A program made the translations under genes and the position numbers. DNA of 63,979 nt, filler included, from Circinaria calcarea (Eukaryota): NCBI GenBank assembly GCA_051942165.1. It is 3 parts of 3 records of this genome, joined end to end, with 100 filler letters (N's around TTAATTAATTAA, not from the genome) between each part and the next. Parts side by side here need not be neighbours in the genome. Positions count along the whole stretch, not along the records: positions 44,502 to 63,979 come from JAVECS010000206.1; 2 more parts are not named here. One strand, given 5' to 3'. The notes under the pieces were generated by a model. It saw nothing but the letters and a program-made list of their open reading frames with translations, did no database searches and was not told where the DNA came from. Below, piece after piece: positions 50,870 through 63,979 of this stretch. Within the stretch, counting starts at the first letter, position 1. Every line of letters begins with the position of its first letter.

Positions 50870-51647
50870 ATAGCTCTTGCTGAAGGGATTTACAGTGTAC
50901 ATGGACCTGGCGTACCAATTGTTTGACAGGGCTGGTGGAGCTCTGTACACAGCGTATCAAAACGGCAGTTTGTATTTGCTAGAACCAAAGAGCCTTTGAC
51001 CATACTACATCACTGGCAGCATAGAGGATCCCATCTATCATTCGTCCTCAATCAGAATAGCCGTAAGGTGGTGAGAGTTACTCCGTACTGGCATCAGAAA
51101 AGATAGGCCGGATGATTGACGGCCCGTTGCTTAAGCGCTGCTGGCCTGTGCACTGACTTTTAAGGCTGGACGGCGGCCCTTAGGGGCTTGGCGGGACTGG
51201 GTTAGGGCAACTCTGTACCCCGGCTTTTCTCCGTCGTCACTCTGTGCTGGGGAGGTGAGGTGATTGTGAGAATTCCCATCGCGTCGCCCAAAAGCCCGGT
51301 GAACGAGGTGAACAAGGTGAGTGAGGTGAGGGTTCGATTCACTGGCCCATGAATTTATGATCACCACCCTCTTTACGATTATACAATCACCCACACATTT
51401 ATCAACCGACTTGCATCTCTTTCTCTTCTCAACCAAAGACGAATCGCAGAGGCGGACCTCGTTTTCGCGCAACGCAACCTTCACCACATCCTAACCTGCC
51501 CAAGCTCTCAAGAACACTACGGACAATCTATGCCGGTTGACAAAGTCTCAAAGAGGTGGCACTAGCATCCTCATCGCCAGCTGGGGCAGTTGGGACGCCT
51601 TGTCTACCGGCTGTTGGAGCTGGGGAAGCTTGACGCCGTAAAGAGGC

Positions 51648-54600
51648 ATGGCGGAAAGGAATATCGATCTCTTTGCCGGTAGGCTGGGAGATCCGAACTT
51701 GGGTACGTGCTATGCTCTTCGCCGGGCGGGAAGAAACGGCGTTCAAGCCCTTGTGCTGAGACGGGGTGGGACTGACGTGCGCAAGCAGATCTGAAAATCA
51801 AGCTCAATGCTGCCACGGAGCTGCGAGACAATGTGGAGTCCTTGTGCACCGGCCCGGCGTATGCCATCTTTCTCCGAAAGTTCTTGCCCATCTTTAAAAA
51901 GCTGCTGGAAGGACCGCCGGTTTTTACGAGTACATCTTGGGAACAGGTAAGGCCAAGTATCACAGTTGCACAACAGGATGCTGACCGGGTGTTCAACCGA
52001 CCAGAGGCTGCGGAACTGTATTCTCGAAATATTTCATCGACTTCCGATGAACCCTCCCGATGTGCTCAAGCCTTATGCTCCCGAAATTGTGGATCTGCTG
52101 ATGGGCTTGGTGAAGATAGAGAATGAGGATAACGCGGTGCTGTGTATGAAGACGGTCATGGATCTGGAGCGACACCAGACGGAAGCGACGGCGGATAGGG
52201 TTCAGCCTTTCTTGGACCTCATCCAAGAGATGTTTGAAGTAATGGAGCAAGTCGTCAAGGATACCTTCGAGGCCCCGGTTCAAGGTGGTGCTGCCTCCGG
52301 TTCTACACCAAACAACTCATCCCAGATCTTTCAATCGCCTCGGCCTGGCTCGCCTTCGGGATCCGTTGTGTCAGAACTTTCTATCGATCAGCAAACCGCT
52401 CGTCCGCTACTGAAGGGGATGCAGTCGTTCAAAGTTCTGGCCGAATGCCCCATCATCGTTGTCTCACTTTTCCAAGCCCACCGAAACTCCGTACATGCCA
52501 ATGTGAAGAAGTTCGTACCCTTGATCAAAGCCGTTCTGCTGCTCCAAGCCAAACCGCAGGAACAAGCTCACCTGGACGCGGCCAAACGTGAAGAGGTGTT
52601 CACCGGCGTGAGCAAAGATATCAAGAATAGGGCTGCGTTCGGAGAGTTCATCACAGCACAAGTCAAAACTATGAGCTTTCTGGCATACCTACTTCGTGTC
52701 TATTCACAGCAGCTCAACGATTTCTTACCGCACCTTCCCGACGTATGTGTACGTATGCTTAGAGATTGCCCCAGCGAAAAGTCTGCCACCAGGAAAGAAT
52801 TACTCGTGGCCATTCGACACATTGTTAACTTTAATTTTCGCATGGTCTTCAACACTAAGGTCGATGCCCTGCTGGACGAACGGACCTTGATTGGTGACGG
52901 GCTGACCGTTTATGAGACCATGAGGCCTCTAGCCTACAGCATGTTGGCCGATCTGATTCATCATGTACGTGAACGACTTAGTTCATCACAGATCCGAAGG
53001 ACTATCGAGGTGTTTTCGAAGAATCTCTTGGATGATTTCCCTGGAACGAGTTTTCAGACTATGAGCGCTAAGCTCCTATTAAACATGGCAGACCGAATAG
53101 CGAAGTTGGAAAAGAAGCAGGATGCTCGCTATTTTTTGATTATGATACTCAACGCGATCGCAGACAAGTTTGCAGCAATGAACAGGGAGTATCCTAACGC
53201 TGTGAAACTCTTGAAGGTCTACGAACAGCAAAACCTAGACGTTACGCCCGAAGATCACCTGGCGGAGAGCGAGAGCCCACCTGTTTGGGACGAAACCGAC
53301 ATCTTCACCGCCACTCCGATCAAGACCTCTATTCCTCGGGATCGTAGTGCGAACCCCGTCGAGGACAATAAGTTTCTTTTCAAGAATCTCATGAACGGTC
53401 TGAAAAACATGTTTTACCAACTCAAAATGTGTAATCCAGAAGTTCAGCCGGTTGATGCTGCGAATGCTCCATCGAACTGGCAGGAGGTATCCTATGGTTA
53501 CAGAGCAGAGGAGGTCACTGTCATAACCAAGCTTTTCCGCGAGGGCGCCAGGGTCTTTCGGTATTACAGATTGGATGAACCTCCGGCAGAGACGCACTAT
53601 ACCTCTCCGGTTGAGTTCTTGGCCAACCTTTACATGGTCCAGAGCGGCAAAGAAGAGAAGGACCTTCTGGAGACTTTTGCAACCGTATTTCATTGCATAG
53701 ATCCTGCTACGTTCCATGAGGTCTTTCATTCTCAAATACCTTTACTCTATGACATGATGTTCGAGCATACCGCCTTGCTACACATCCCGCAATTCTTCCT
53801 TGCGAGTGAAGCCACCTCACCAAGCTTTGCAGGCATGCTCCTTCAATTCCTCATGGAGAAGATTGAAGATGTCGGCACAAAGGACATCAAAAAGTCTTCC
53901 ATCCTACTCCGCATGTTTAAGCTATCCTTCATGGCAGTAACTTTGTTCTCTCAGCAGAATGAGCAGGTCTTACTGCCCCATGTAACGAAGCTAGTGACCA
54001 AGTCTATACAGCTTTCCACCACAGCTGATGAACCCATGAACTACTTCTACCTTTTGCGCTCTCTCTTCCGAAGTATCGGCGGTGGCCGCTTTGAGCTTTT
54101 GTACAAGGAAATTCTGCCTCTTCTGGAAATGTTATTAGAGGTCCTGAACAACCTGCTGATGGCGGCACGGAAATCCCAGGAGCGGCATTTATATGTGGAG
54201 CTCTGTCTGACGGTACCTGCTCGATTAAGCAATCTCCTGCCGCATCTCAGTTACCTCATGCGTCCCTTGGTAGTCGCCCTCCGAGCTGACTCTGATCTGG
54301 TTGGGCAAGGACTGAGAACACTAGAACTTTGCGTGGATAATTTGACTGCCGACTACTTAGACCCGATCATGGCACCCGTCATCGACGAACTTATGAGTGC
54401 TCTTTGGGATCACCTTCGCCCGACGCCCTATAGTCACTTCCATGCGCATTCTACCATGCGAATCCTGGGTAAGCTCGGCGGAAGAAACCGCAAGTTTCTC
54501 ACTGGCCCACCAAGTCTCGAATTCCGCCCGTACGCGGATGACGAGTGTAGCGTAGATATAAAGCTCATAGGTGCAAACAAGGAGCGAGCTTTCCCAGCCA

Positions 54601-57600
54601 ACATTGGCATCGATCTAGCAATAGCGAAAATCAAAGAAGTACCCAAGGCCCCCGCCGCGAAGAGGGCCGATGGTTTCTACAAACAGCAGTCGTTCAGATT
54701 GATCGCTGCCCAGCTCAAGATTCACATCGGCTACGAGCATCTACCAGACGACTTTGCGAGACTCGTTAGGCAACAAGCCCAAGATTTGGTCGAGGGTCAC
54801 AGTCAAGCTGCATCTGATCTAATGGACAAGTCTGATCGCGAAAAATCAATTGCGAAACGAGATGCGCAAGAAGAGACGCTAAAGAAGTTGCTGAAAGGCT
54901 GCATGTTTGCCACGACGTTGCCAGATCTCAAGGCTGTTGCGTCAAATCTGCTGCTTGATGTCTGTCGTCACTTTACGATTATAGAACTCGGGCGGTCACT
55001 CGCCTGGGCAAAGCACCAACTCAAGCCTTTCGATGTTAAGTCAGGAGAAGGTCCTTTATGTCTTGACAGTCGGATCCTTGCAGAAGCTATTGTGGACTGC
55101 TTGTCTTCGGATGACCACGCCCTTCGAGATGCAGCCGAAGAAGCCATCAGGAATGTCTACGATGCCTCCGCCACCATATTTGGTTCACCAGACAAGGCCG
55201 GGAGACTGCCGTTCTTCGTGTATTTGGCCAAAGTTTTCTGCCATAACTGTCATGAAGAAGAATGGTATACCAAATCCGGGGGCGGGCTTGGAATTCATCT
55301 TCTAATTACAAGATTTGGCCTCAGCGATGGATGGGTGGCAGATAGGCAGGTTGACTTTGTCAGAGCCCTCATATACATCATGAAGGATATGCCCCAAGAC
55401 TTGCCAGCTCATACGCGTATCAAAGCCCAAGAGACCCTGGAGATTCTTCTGCACCGATGCAACAAAGGGGTTTCAAAGTCAGATCTAACATCAGATAAAA
55501 GCCGTCTTTACAATCTCTGTGGCTTCCTCATCTTTGAGCTCTCGCATATGAACAAGCATGTGCGGGATGCAGCCCAGAGATCATTCAAGACTATCGCGGA
55601 CATTATTGGAGCTCAGACATATGAACTCTTAGATCCCGTCAAAGACCGACTTTTGCAGCCGATATACAACAAGCCGCTGCGGGCCTTGCCGTTCGCAATA
55701 CAAATTGGATATATCGAGGCTATCACATTTTGCCTTCGTCTACAGCATGGGATAGTTGAATTCAATGATCCTCTCAACCGACTTCTGATGGAGTCTCTGG
55801 CATTAGCCGATGCCGAAGACGAGACGCTGGCCGCCAAGCCAAATGAGCACCGGACTGCAGAGGCTATCATTAACTTGCGGGTTTCGTGCATCAAGTTACT
55901 CTCGACTGCAATAGCTTTTCCGGATTTTGGTGCACAACCCCAGAACCAAGCCCGAAGTCGTATCATATCTGTGTTTTTCAAGTCTCTGTATTCCAAGTCC
56001 CCCGAAGTCATTGACGCAGCGAACGCTGGGCTTAAAGGCGTCTTGTCGCAGACCAACAAACTACCGAAAGATCTGCTTCAAAACGGCTTACGACCCATCC
56101 TCATGAACCTTCAAGATCCAAGGAAATTGAGCGTGGCCGGTCTGGATGGCTTGGCCAGGCTCCTTAACCTGCTCACCAACTATTTTAAAGTCGAAATTGG
56201 CGATCGGCTGATCTCTCATATGGAAACTATCTCTGATGGTACAGCTCTACAGAAAACGTCCTTTTCGTTGATCGAGCAGAATTCCACCATGAAGATTGTC
56301 ACTGCGACTCTCAACATTTTTCATCTTCTCCCTGCTTCAGCAACCTCAATGATGGAAAAGCTAGTGGTAAGGGTTCTTGACCTTGAGGAGAAGCTTCGAA
56401 GAACTCAATACAGTCCTTTTCGGGAACCATTGCTCAGGTACCTCAATCGCTATCCCAAAGAGACTTGGGATTTGTTTTCTCCTAAACTCGTAGATGTGAC
56501 ATATGGAAGATTTTTTGCACAGATAATCGACAACCCGAATTCTGGACCATTGCGAGATATGTTGACAGCGGACGTGGAAGGCCTCATCAAGTCGTCCTTC
56601 GATGTACAGGACCAAGGGAGTGATGTTGCGGTAGTAAACGGCATCCACATTATCCACTCTACACTCAACCACAAAACCGACTGGCTGGTTGGGGAGGAAA
56701 CTCTACGTCAGGTTTTGGTTGATGCTGGCAGAGGTCTGCATGCAAGGCAAAAGCTGGACAGCATCGCCCCTGAACTCCGATTGGCAGCCAATCAGGCTGG
56801 CGAGCGTTTGATGGATATCTTTGTCGTATACTTGAAGCAGTCCCCACAGGATCTCGACTTCCTATTCCAGCTGATAGATCTGACAACTGCAGACGATCTC
56901 AAATCATACCCTTCCCTTTTGGCATTCATATACGAAAAGATAATCACGAGCGAGTCGGTCGAGTATTGGCGTACTATCGTCATGCGGTGCCTCGACCTCT
57001 ATGGTATCCGTGGATCAAGTCAGAGGACCAAAACATTCGCATTCCGGAACCTGGTCAACCCAATCTTGGCTATGGACATTATGCGAGGATATCAACAAAC
57101 ACCATCTCAAAGTCAGCGCCGACTGATGGACAAGAGCCTTGTCGAGGCTATCCACAACAAGCTATGGAAGCCTCAAGTCATCGACCTTAGTGAAGACAAT
57201 GGGCAACCTGGTGTCGATCACTCCCGTTTGGAGCTGCTTCAAATGTCTGCACTCTTGCTTAAATACCACCATAACTTGGTATCTGAAGCACGCAAAGATA
57301 TTATTAAATTTGGATGGAGCTACATACGGCTTGAGGATACCATCAACAAGCACGCCGCCTATGTGCTGATTGGATATTTCATCGCTCAGTTCGAGTCGCC
57401 TTCGAAGATTGTAAACCAGATTTATGTCGCCCTATTGAAAGCTCACCAAAGTGAAGGTCGAGCCCTGGTGATCCAAGCGCTTGATCTAATAGCACCAGTT
57501 TTGCCAAAACGCTTGACCGGTCCTGGAGATCCAAGATATCCAATGTGGGCTAGATGGCCTAAACGGATACTGGCAGAAGAAAGTTCAAATTTGCAGCAGC

Positions 57601-60600
57601 TCATCAGTATTCTCCAGTTCATGGTCCGCCATCCTGACTTGTTCTATGATGCACGAGAGCATTTCATCCCCTTGATAATACCATCATTGTCTAAGATAGC
57701 CCCGCCGCCGAATCCCTCCAACGAAAACAAGAAACTCGTATTGAACGTGATAGAAGTGATCTGGCAATGGGAAGAACGACGGGTGCAAGGCAGCAGCCGG
57801 TCGGTGTCCCAATCTTCGGAGTCGCCGCAGTCGAGAAAACGCCGACTAGAGGTTTCCCAGGGGAGCTCAGCGTCGCCTGTTGCGAGCCTGGCACCTCCTG
57901 CGTTAGCAGAGCGAAATGAGTATCTCATACCAACTCACTTACGGGCATCATTGATCAAATACCTTGCACAGCTCATCAGTACACTCCCAGAACGATATCC
58001 TGTCCCGGCCGTCAAGCTAAGGGAGCTACAGCCGACTCCAATGCATGTAACTCTACCACCGAATGAAATCTGTCGCAAGGCCCTAGGACTTTTCCACGAT
58101 CTGCTGTCACCGGGCTATTGGACGGACCTGGAAGTCGATTTGTTCCCAAGGATGACCGAGTCTGTCTTGGCCTCCGATAAAACCGACAAGCAAGATGAGA
58201 AGACCGTAACCTGTATTATCAACACCCTCCAGATTGTGCGAGTCATATTGAACATGAAACCGGATGACTGGATTCTTGCGCAGCTCAGTCAAATCCAACG
58301 CCTGCTGGAAAAGCCATTACGTTACGACAATGCAGAAATTCAGGACTGCTTGCACACTAAGGATGATGAAATGGATGGTCATCGACCAATCAGGCCGCTC
58401 CTCAGACGGGTGTTAGACGCCATTCCCAAGGAGAGTAACGAGGAAGAGGACATGGAAATTGAAACACCTTCATCTGAATTTGTTACCTTCTTGTCCGTGA
58501 CTGCAACCGAGCTCATGTCTGTTGGCAACCATGTCTCAAGTATCAACATCCTGTGGACACTGGCACAGGTAAAACCAATGATAATTGATCAGCACATTCC
58601 TCACATCATGCGAGTACTTCAAGGAAAACTGGCCAAGGAACATGTTGCATTACAGAGTACAGGGCCTGGACAAATGGGTATGCCCCCGGGAATTAGGCCG
58701 GGAGAGCCAGTACAAGCCGTGCCTGAGCCTAAAGATATAGAAATCCAGACGAAGCTCATTCTTAAAACAATCGAACTTGTTTCATTGAGGATGGCTACTC
58801 TAGGTGACCAACGACGTCCTTTCCTTAGCGTTTTAGCCTCTTTGGTCGAGCGATCTCAAGACAAAGAGTTGTGTGAAAAGATCCTGTCTATGGTGGAAAC
58901 CTGGATCTTTGATTCCAACGAGCCTTGGCCGACATTGAAGGAGAAAACCGCTGTGCTTCACAAAATGCTCCTATTCGAATCCCGAGTCGACCCATCGCTA
59001 TTACACAAGTTTCTCGAACTGGTGATACGAATCTACGAGGACCCCAAAATCACAAGAACAGAACTGACCGTGCGCCTCGAGCATGCGTTTCTAGTCGGAA
59101 CGAGGGCGCAGGACGTACAGATGCGAAATCGCTTTATGACCATCTTTGACCGGAGTCTCACCCGAAGTGCGAACGCGAGGCTGATTTACGTCTTGACTTC
59201 GCAAAACTGGGACACACTGGCCGAGAGCTTCTGGCTTAGCCAAGCCCTGCAGCTACTATTTGGCTCCATTGAGATGGGGTTACCTGCGCAGCTTCACCAG
59301 GAAGATTTCAAAATGCTAGCGCCGAGTCAACTTTTCGAAGGGAGCAGAGAATCCCGAAGAGATAATTTGATGCTCGATGATAAGTTTGAAGAGTTTATGA
59401 TGAGTCACAAGCGTTTCTATACGTCGTTGGGCGAAGTGAAGGTTCGCGACATCTTCGAGCCCCTCTGCCAGCTCCAACATACAGACCCAGAGGTAGCATA
59501 TCAGCTCTGGGTGGCCATATTTCCGCTTTGCTGGGCATCAGTTTCTAGAGAGGATCGTATGGAACTTGAGAAGGGTATGGTCAGCCTACTCACGAAGGAT
59601 TATCATCAAAGACAGGTAGAACGACGACCCAACATTATCCAAGCACTTCTCGAAGGTGTTGTTCGCTCGCGGCCCCGATTCAAGCTCCCTGCCCATGTGA
59701 TGAAATTCCTGAGTAAAACGTACGACGCCTGGTACACTGCGGCAGTGTACCTGGAAGAGTCTGCAATCACCCCAATAATCAATACGCCCTCCGTTCGCGA
59801 GAGTAACCTTGACGCCCTAGTCGAAATATACGCTGGGCTGCAAGAAGATGATTTATTTTATGGCACATGGCGGCGTCGGTGCAAGTTTGTGGAAACGAAT
59901 GCTGCACTGTCATATGAGCAGAATGGTATGTGGGACAAGGCACAGCAGCTGTACGAGGCAGCTCAGATCAAGGCCAGAACTGGCGTAGTCCCTTTCTCCC
60001 AGGGCGAATACATGCTCTGGGAAGACCATTGGGTCATTTGCGCGCAAAAACTCCAACAGTGGGATATTCTGACCGACTTTGCCAAACACGAAAACTTCAA
60101 CGACCTTCTCCTGGAGGGCTCTTGGAGGAACTATGAGACCTGGACAGGACAGGAAAACCTTGAGCAAATCAGCTCAGTCATCAGAGCAGTGTCCGACGCG
60201 CCAACGCCACGAAGAACCTTCTTTCAAGCCTTTGTGTCATTACTCAAGTTTCATGAAAAAGCCGAGAGCCCGCAAGACTTCAATCGAATCTGTGATGAGT
60301 CCATTCAACTGTCAATCCGTAAGTGGCATCAACTTCCACGACGGATCACAAACGCACATGTGCCCATCTTGCAGAACTTTCAGCAACTGGTAGAATTACA
60401 TGACGCTCAGGTAATATGCGCCAGTTTGGCACAAACCAATCAAGCCAACCTAGATCAGAAGTCGCAGGAGCTGAAGCTTTTGCTGGGTACCTGGCGTGAT
60501 AGGTTGCCGAATGTCTGGGACGACATCAATGCCTGGCAAGACTTGGTTACCTGGAGACAACATATCTTCCAGTTAATCAATCGTACTTACCTCGCCCTAC

Positions 60601-63338
60601 TCCCGCCTCAGGTAGGCAACGTCACAGGTAACTCGTATGCGTACAGAGGATATCACGAAACCGCATGGATTATCAACCGCTTTGCTCATGTTGCTCGAAA
60701 GCACCAATTACCTGATGTCTGTATCAGCCAGTTAAGCAAGATTTATACTCTACCAAACATTGAGATTCAGGAAGCCTTCTTGAAGTTGAGGGAGCAGGCC
60801 AAATGCCACTATCAAAACTCTGGCGAGCTCAACAGTGGCCTAGACGTTATCAACAATACTAATCTCAACTACTTTGGCCAGCAGCAGAAGGCCGAATTCT
60901 TCACACTCAAGGGAATGTTCCTTGCCAAGCTCAACCACAATGACGAGGCGAATGATGCATTTGGGACTGCACTTTACTACGATATCCGCCTGCCGAAAGC
61001 CTGGGCTGAATGGGGCTATTATAACGACAGGATGTTCAAAGCAGAGCCGGAGAACATGGAACGCGCAGCTGCTGCAGTGAGCTGCTACCTGGAGGCAGCT
61101 GGCCTGTTCAAGAATGCCAAGTCAAGGAAGCTCCTGAGTCGTACTTTGTGGTTACTAAGCGTGGACAATTCCGAGAACAGAGTTTCACAAGCTTTTGAAG
61201 AGTTCAAAGGCGAAACTCCCGTGTGGTATTGGATCACTTTCGTTCCGCAACTCCTAACCAGTCTTAGTCATCGCGAAGCCCGATTAGCTCGTGCAGTCTT
61301 AGTAAAAATCGCCAAGATCTATCCGCAAGCGCTGTACTTCCAGCTTCGCACCACGCGTGAAGACTTGTTAGCTATCAAGAAATCCACCGAACAGAAGCAG
61401 GAAAGGATCAATAGGCAAAAGCAAAGCTCGCCGGCAATCAAGCAAGATACTTCGGATACCCTCACTGTACCGAACGGCCGATCTGCAAACTCATCCAAAC
61501 CAGTAACAGCAAATGGTGAACCAAATCAAAACACGGAGCCAAACGGTACAAGCAGCTCACCGAAACGGGAATCTGGGAGTCAACCCCAACCCACCGTCGA
61601 ACCAGAATCAGAGAGACCTCCCACGCCAAAGAAACCTTGGGAGTACGCAGATGAGATCATGTCAGTCCTGAAAACCGCATTTCCCTTGTTGGCGCTCTCA
61701 ATGGAAACCATGGTGGATCAGATACAGAAACACTTCAAATGTCCTCCGGATGAGGACGCCTACAGGTTGATCGTGGCATTGCTGAACGATGGCTTATCGG
61801 TATTGCACAATTTTCATTCAGCCTCACTCTCCTTTCCCCATGAACTCCACACTGACCAAACCCAGTATATCGGTCGGATGCCGGCTGCATATGCACAGGA
61901 TTTTAAACTACCGCCAGCTACAGAAGCAAACATCCGGAAATTTGCTGAGACCATTCTACCACCACACATACGAAGCTCATTTGAAGAAGACTTCGTTGCA
62001 AAGAAGCCTACGATGTATGAATACATCCATAAGCTTCGAAAGTGGCGAGACAAGTTCGAAGAAAAACTGGATCGAAGGCCACAGCGAAACAGCCTCGAGA
62101 CCTACAGTCCTCATTTGAGCGAATTCCGCTTCCAGAAGTTCGATGACATTGAAGTACCCGGGCAGTATCTCCAACATCGCGACAAGAATCAAGACTTTAT
62201 AAGGATCGAACGGTTCCTACCCAACGTCGATCTCGTCCGAAGTATCGGTTTCTCACATCGACGTCTCACGATCCGAGGCCACGATGGAAGCACGCATCCA
62301 TTCGCTGTTCAGCATCCCGCTGCCCGGCATAGCCGCAGGGAGGAGAGGACGTTACAGCTCTTCCGTATCTTCAACGGGGTATTGGCCAAACGGAAAGAGA
62401 GTAGGCGTCGGAATCTCAACTTCCATCTACCGCTGATGGTTCCGTTGGCACCCTCTATCCGATTGGTGCAGGAGGACGCTCAGTACATGTCTCTGCAAGG
62501 CGCGTTTGAAGATCACTGTCGACGTAACGGAGCCAATAAGGATGATCCGGTCCTTTTCACCATGGAAAAGTTACGGGCCATGGCCGAAATAAGGACTAAT
62601 GTAAGTGGACATGGTCAGACACCTTTACTCGGTAGTACTGATGGATCAAACCAGCGAGTACCTGATCAAGCGCAAAACCTACGGATGGAAGCTTTTACAG
62701 CCATCCAGGACAAATGGGTCTCTAATACCGTAGCCCTCGAATACTTTCAGCAGATCTACCCCTCCTTTGCCGACTTCTGGCTATTCCGACGTCAATTCTC
62801 TTATCAATTTGCCGCTCTCACCTTCATGACTTATGTCATGCATATGGGCAACCGCTATCCTCACAAGCTTTCCATTGCACGTGGTACAGGAAACATTTGG
62901 GGTTCCGAACTCATTTCGACCATGGCCCCAAGCAAACCTCTTTTCGGTCACGCCGAACCCGTTCCTTTTAGGCTGACACCTAATCTACAAGCACTCATGG
63001 GTCCGCTCGCCACCGAGGGCATTTACTCTTGCGCTATCATGGCGATCGCCCGGTGTCTTACCGAGCCAGAGTTCGAGCTCGAGCAGCAACTCAGTATCTT
63101 TGTCCGAGACGAGGTTATGTTCTGGTTCACCCAGCAGCATAAGAGCAATCCGCAAGAGGCGCAACTGAGGGAGACGGTGCAGGCCAACAGTGACTTGATT
63201 GTCAGGAAAGCGACGAGTTTGGCGGAACCGCCGACGGGAAATCTGCCGGCAAACCAGACCGTTATTGATCTTATCAGTCGGGCGGTGAATCCGATGAACC
63301 TGGCGCAGAGCGATGCTTTGTGGATGCCGTATCTCTAG
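51648..63338 (+). CDS. TRA1: Tra1/TRRAP PIKK pseudokinase, SAGA/NuA4 subunit
   Basis: ~3800 aa with HEAT, FAT, PI3K-like and FATC parts, ending [12 protein letters not shown]. Motifs [13 protein letters not shown] and [14 protein letters not shown] 51648. Introns 51703-51788 and 51947-52004, plus in-frame 61800-61865 and 62601-62654. Confidence 0.97.
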
Positions 63339-63979
63339 GGCGCAAGGATCGGAGCATCGGAAGGGCGTTTAGGATAGGCATGGCACATCTACATCTGGAG
63401 TGTGTCTTGGCATAGGTGGGATGATACCTCGGGCTTGCTATCGATAGCTTTAGCATGGCGCTGGCGGATAATTGTACGTTGCTCGCTCGGTGGTCAGCTT
63501 AGGTTCCCGTTTCTTTGGTCAATAGAGTTTCACCATATCCATCTTGAACCGTGACCGTGTTATTAAAGTTCAGCCATGATTAAATCGAGACTTGTGATTT
63601 TGAAGTTTTCGATCTGAAAAGTCTGTGTCTCGGACTCTAAGTGAATTTGTCGATTGAGCACGCCTTTTCCCCCCCTGAAGCTTAACCGCTCTCCCTCTTC
63701 CGGGCTAATTCAATCATGACTGTAGGGGTTTTTTTCTCTCCATCGCGGCACCTCTACTTCGAAACCCGAATCAGAAGACTCGGGCAAGGCTACGGGAGAA
63801 AGCGGACAACCACCATTAACGTTTGTGTGAGCGTGAGCGTGAGCGGGTCTGGTATGGTGTCTAGGACGGTCTATAGGTGTATGCGGGTTATGCCAGGAGG
63901 GGATGGACATGGTAGGAAACTAATGGAAATGGGGGCGGGGCCGGGGGATGTCGGGTTTGTAGGCTAGCATGACTAGGAT

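Noticed and set aside
63710..63979. Short ORFs at the right edge of the window
   Set aside because: No recognisable motifs; cannot be supported without flanking sequence.

Overview
Filamentous ascomycete (Pezizomycotina-type) genomic DNA with short GT-AG introns. Two 100-nt N-gaps carry an artificial TTAATTAATTAA linker (22169-22268, 44402-44501), so the window is three contigs. The right part holds conserved genes: a CBM18-AA5 copper radical oxidase, a DUF3433-like membrane protein, an ABC1/ADCK kinase, PalI, PP2A B56, TFIIIC tau95 and Tra1. The left ~25 kb is accessory-like. Its main feature is a head-to-tail array of at least six strongly diverged paralogues (1-13.6 kb) built as disordered N-terminus + CCCH zinc finger + PxVAGRNA motif + helical C-terminal domain. 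All six share a phase-1 intron, exactly 16 codons after the last zinc ligand in the four copies with a recognisable finger, and copies show stepwise finger loss or an in-frame stop. The left part also has two hairpin MITEs, a decayed F-box-like duplicate, ETF-beta, a MYND protein, a BIM1/X325-like His-brace protein, and a 3-kb island with a RIP-like tract, 45-bp repeats and four CCACCATGGTGG-type palindromes. All family calls come from motif recognition by eye, not database searches.
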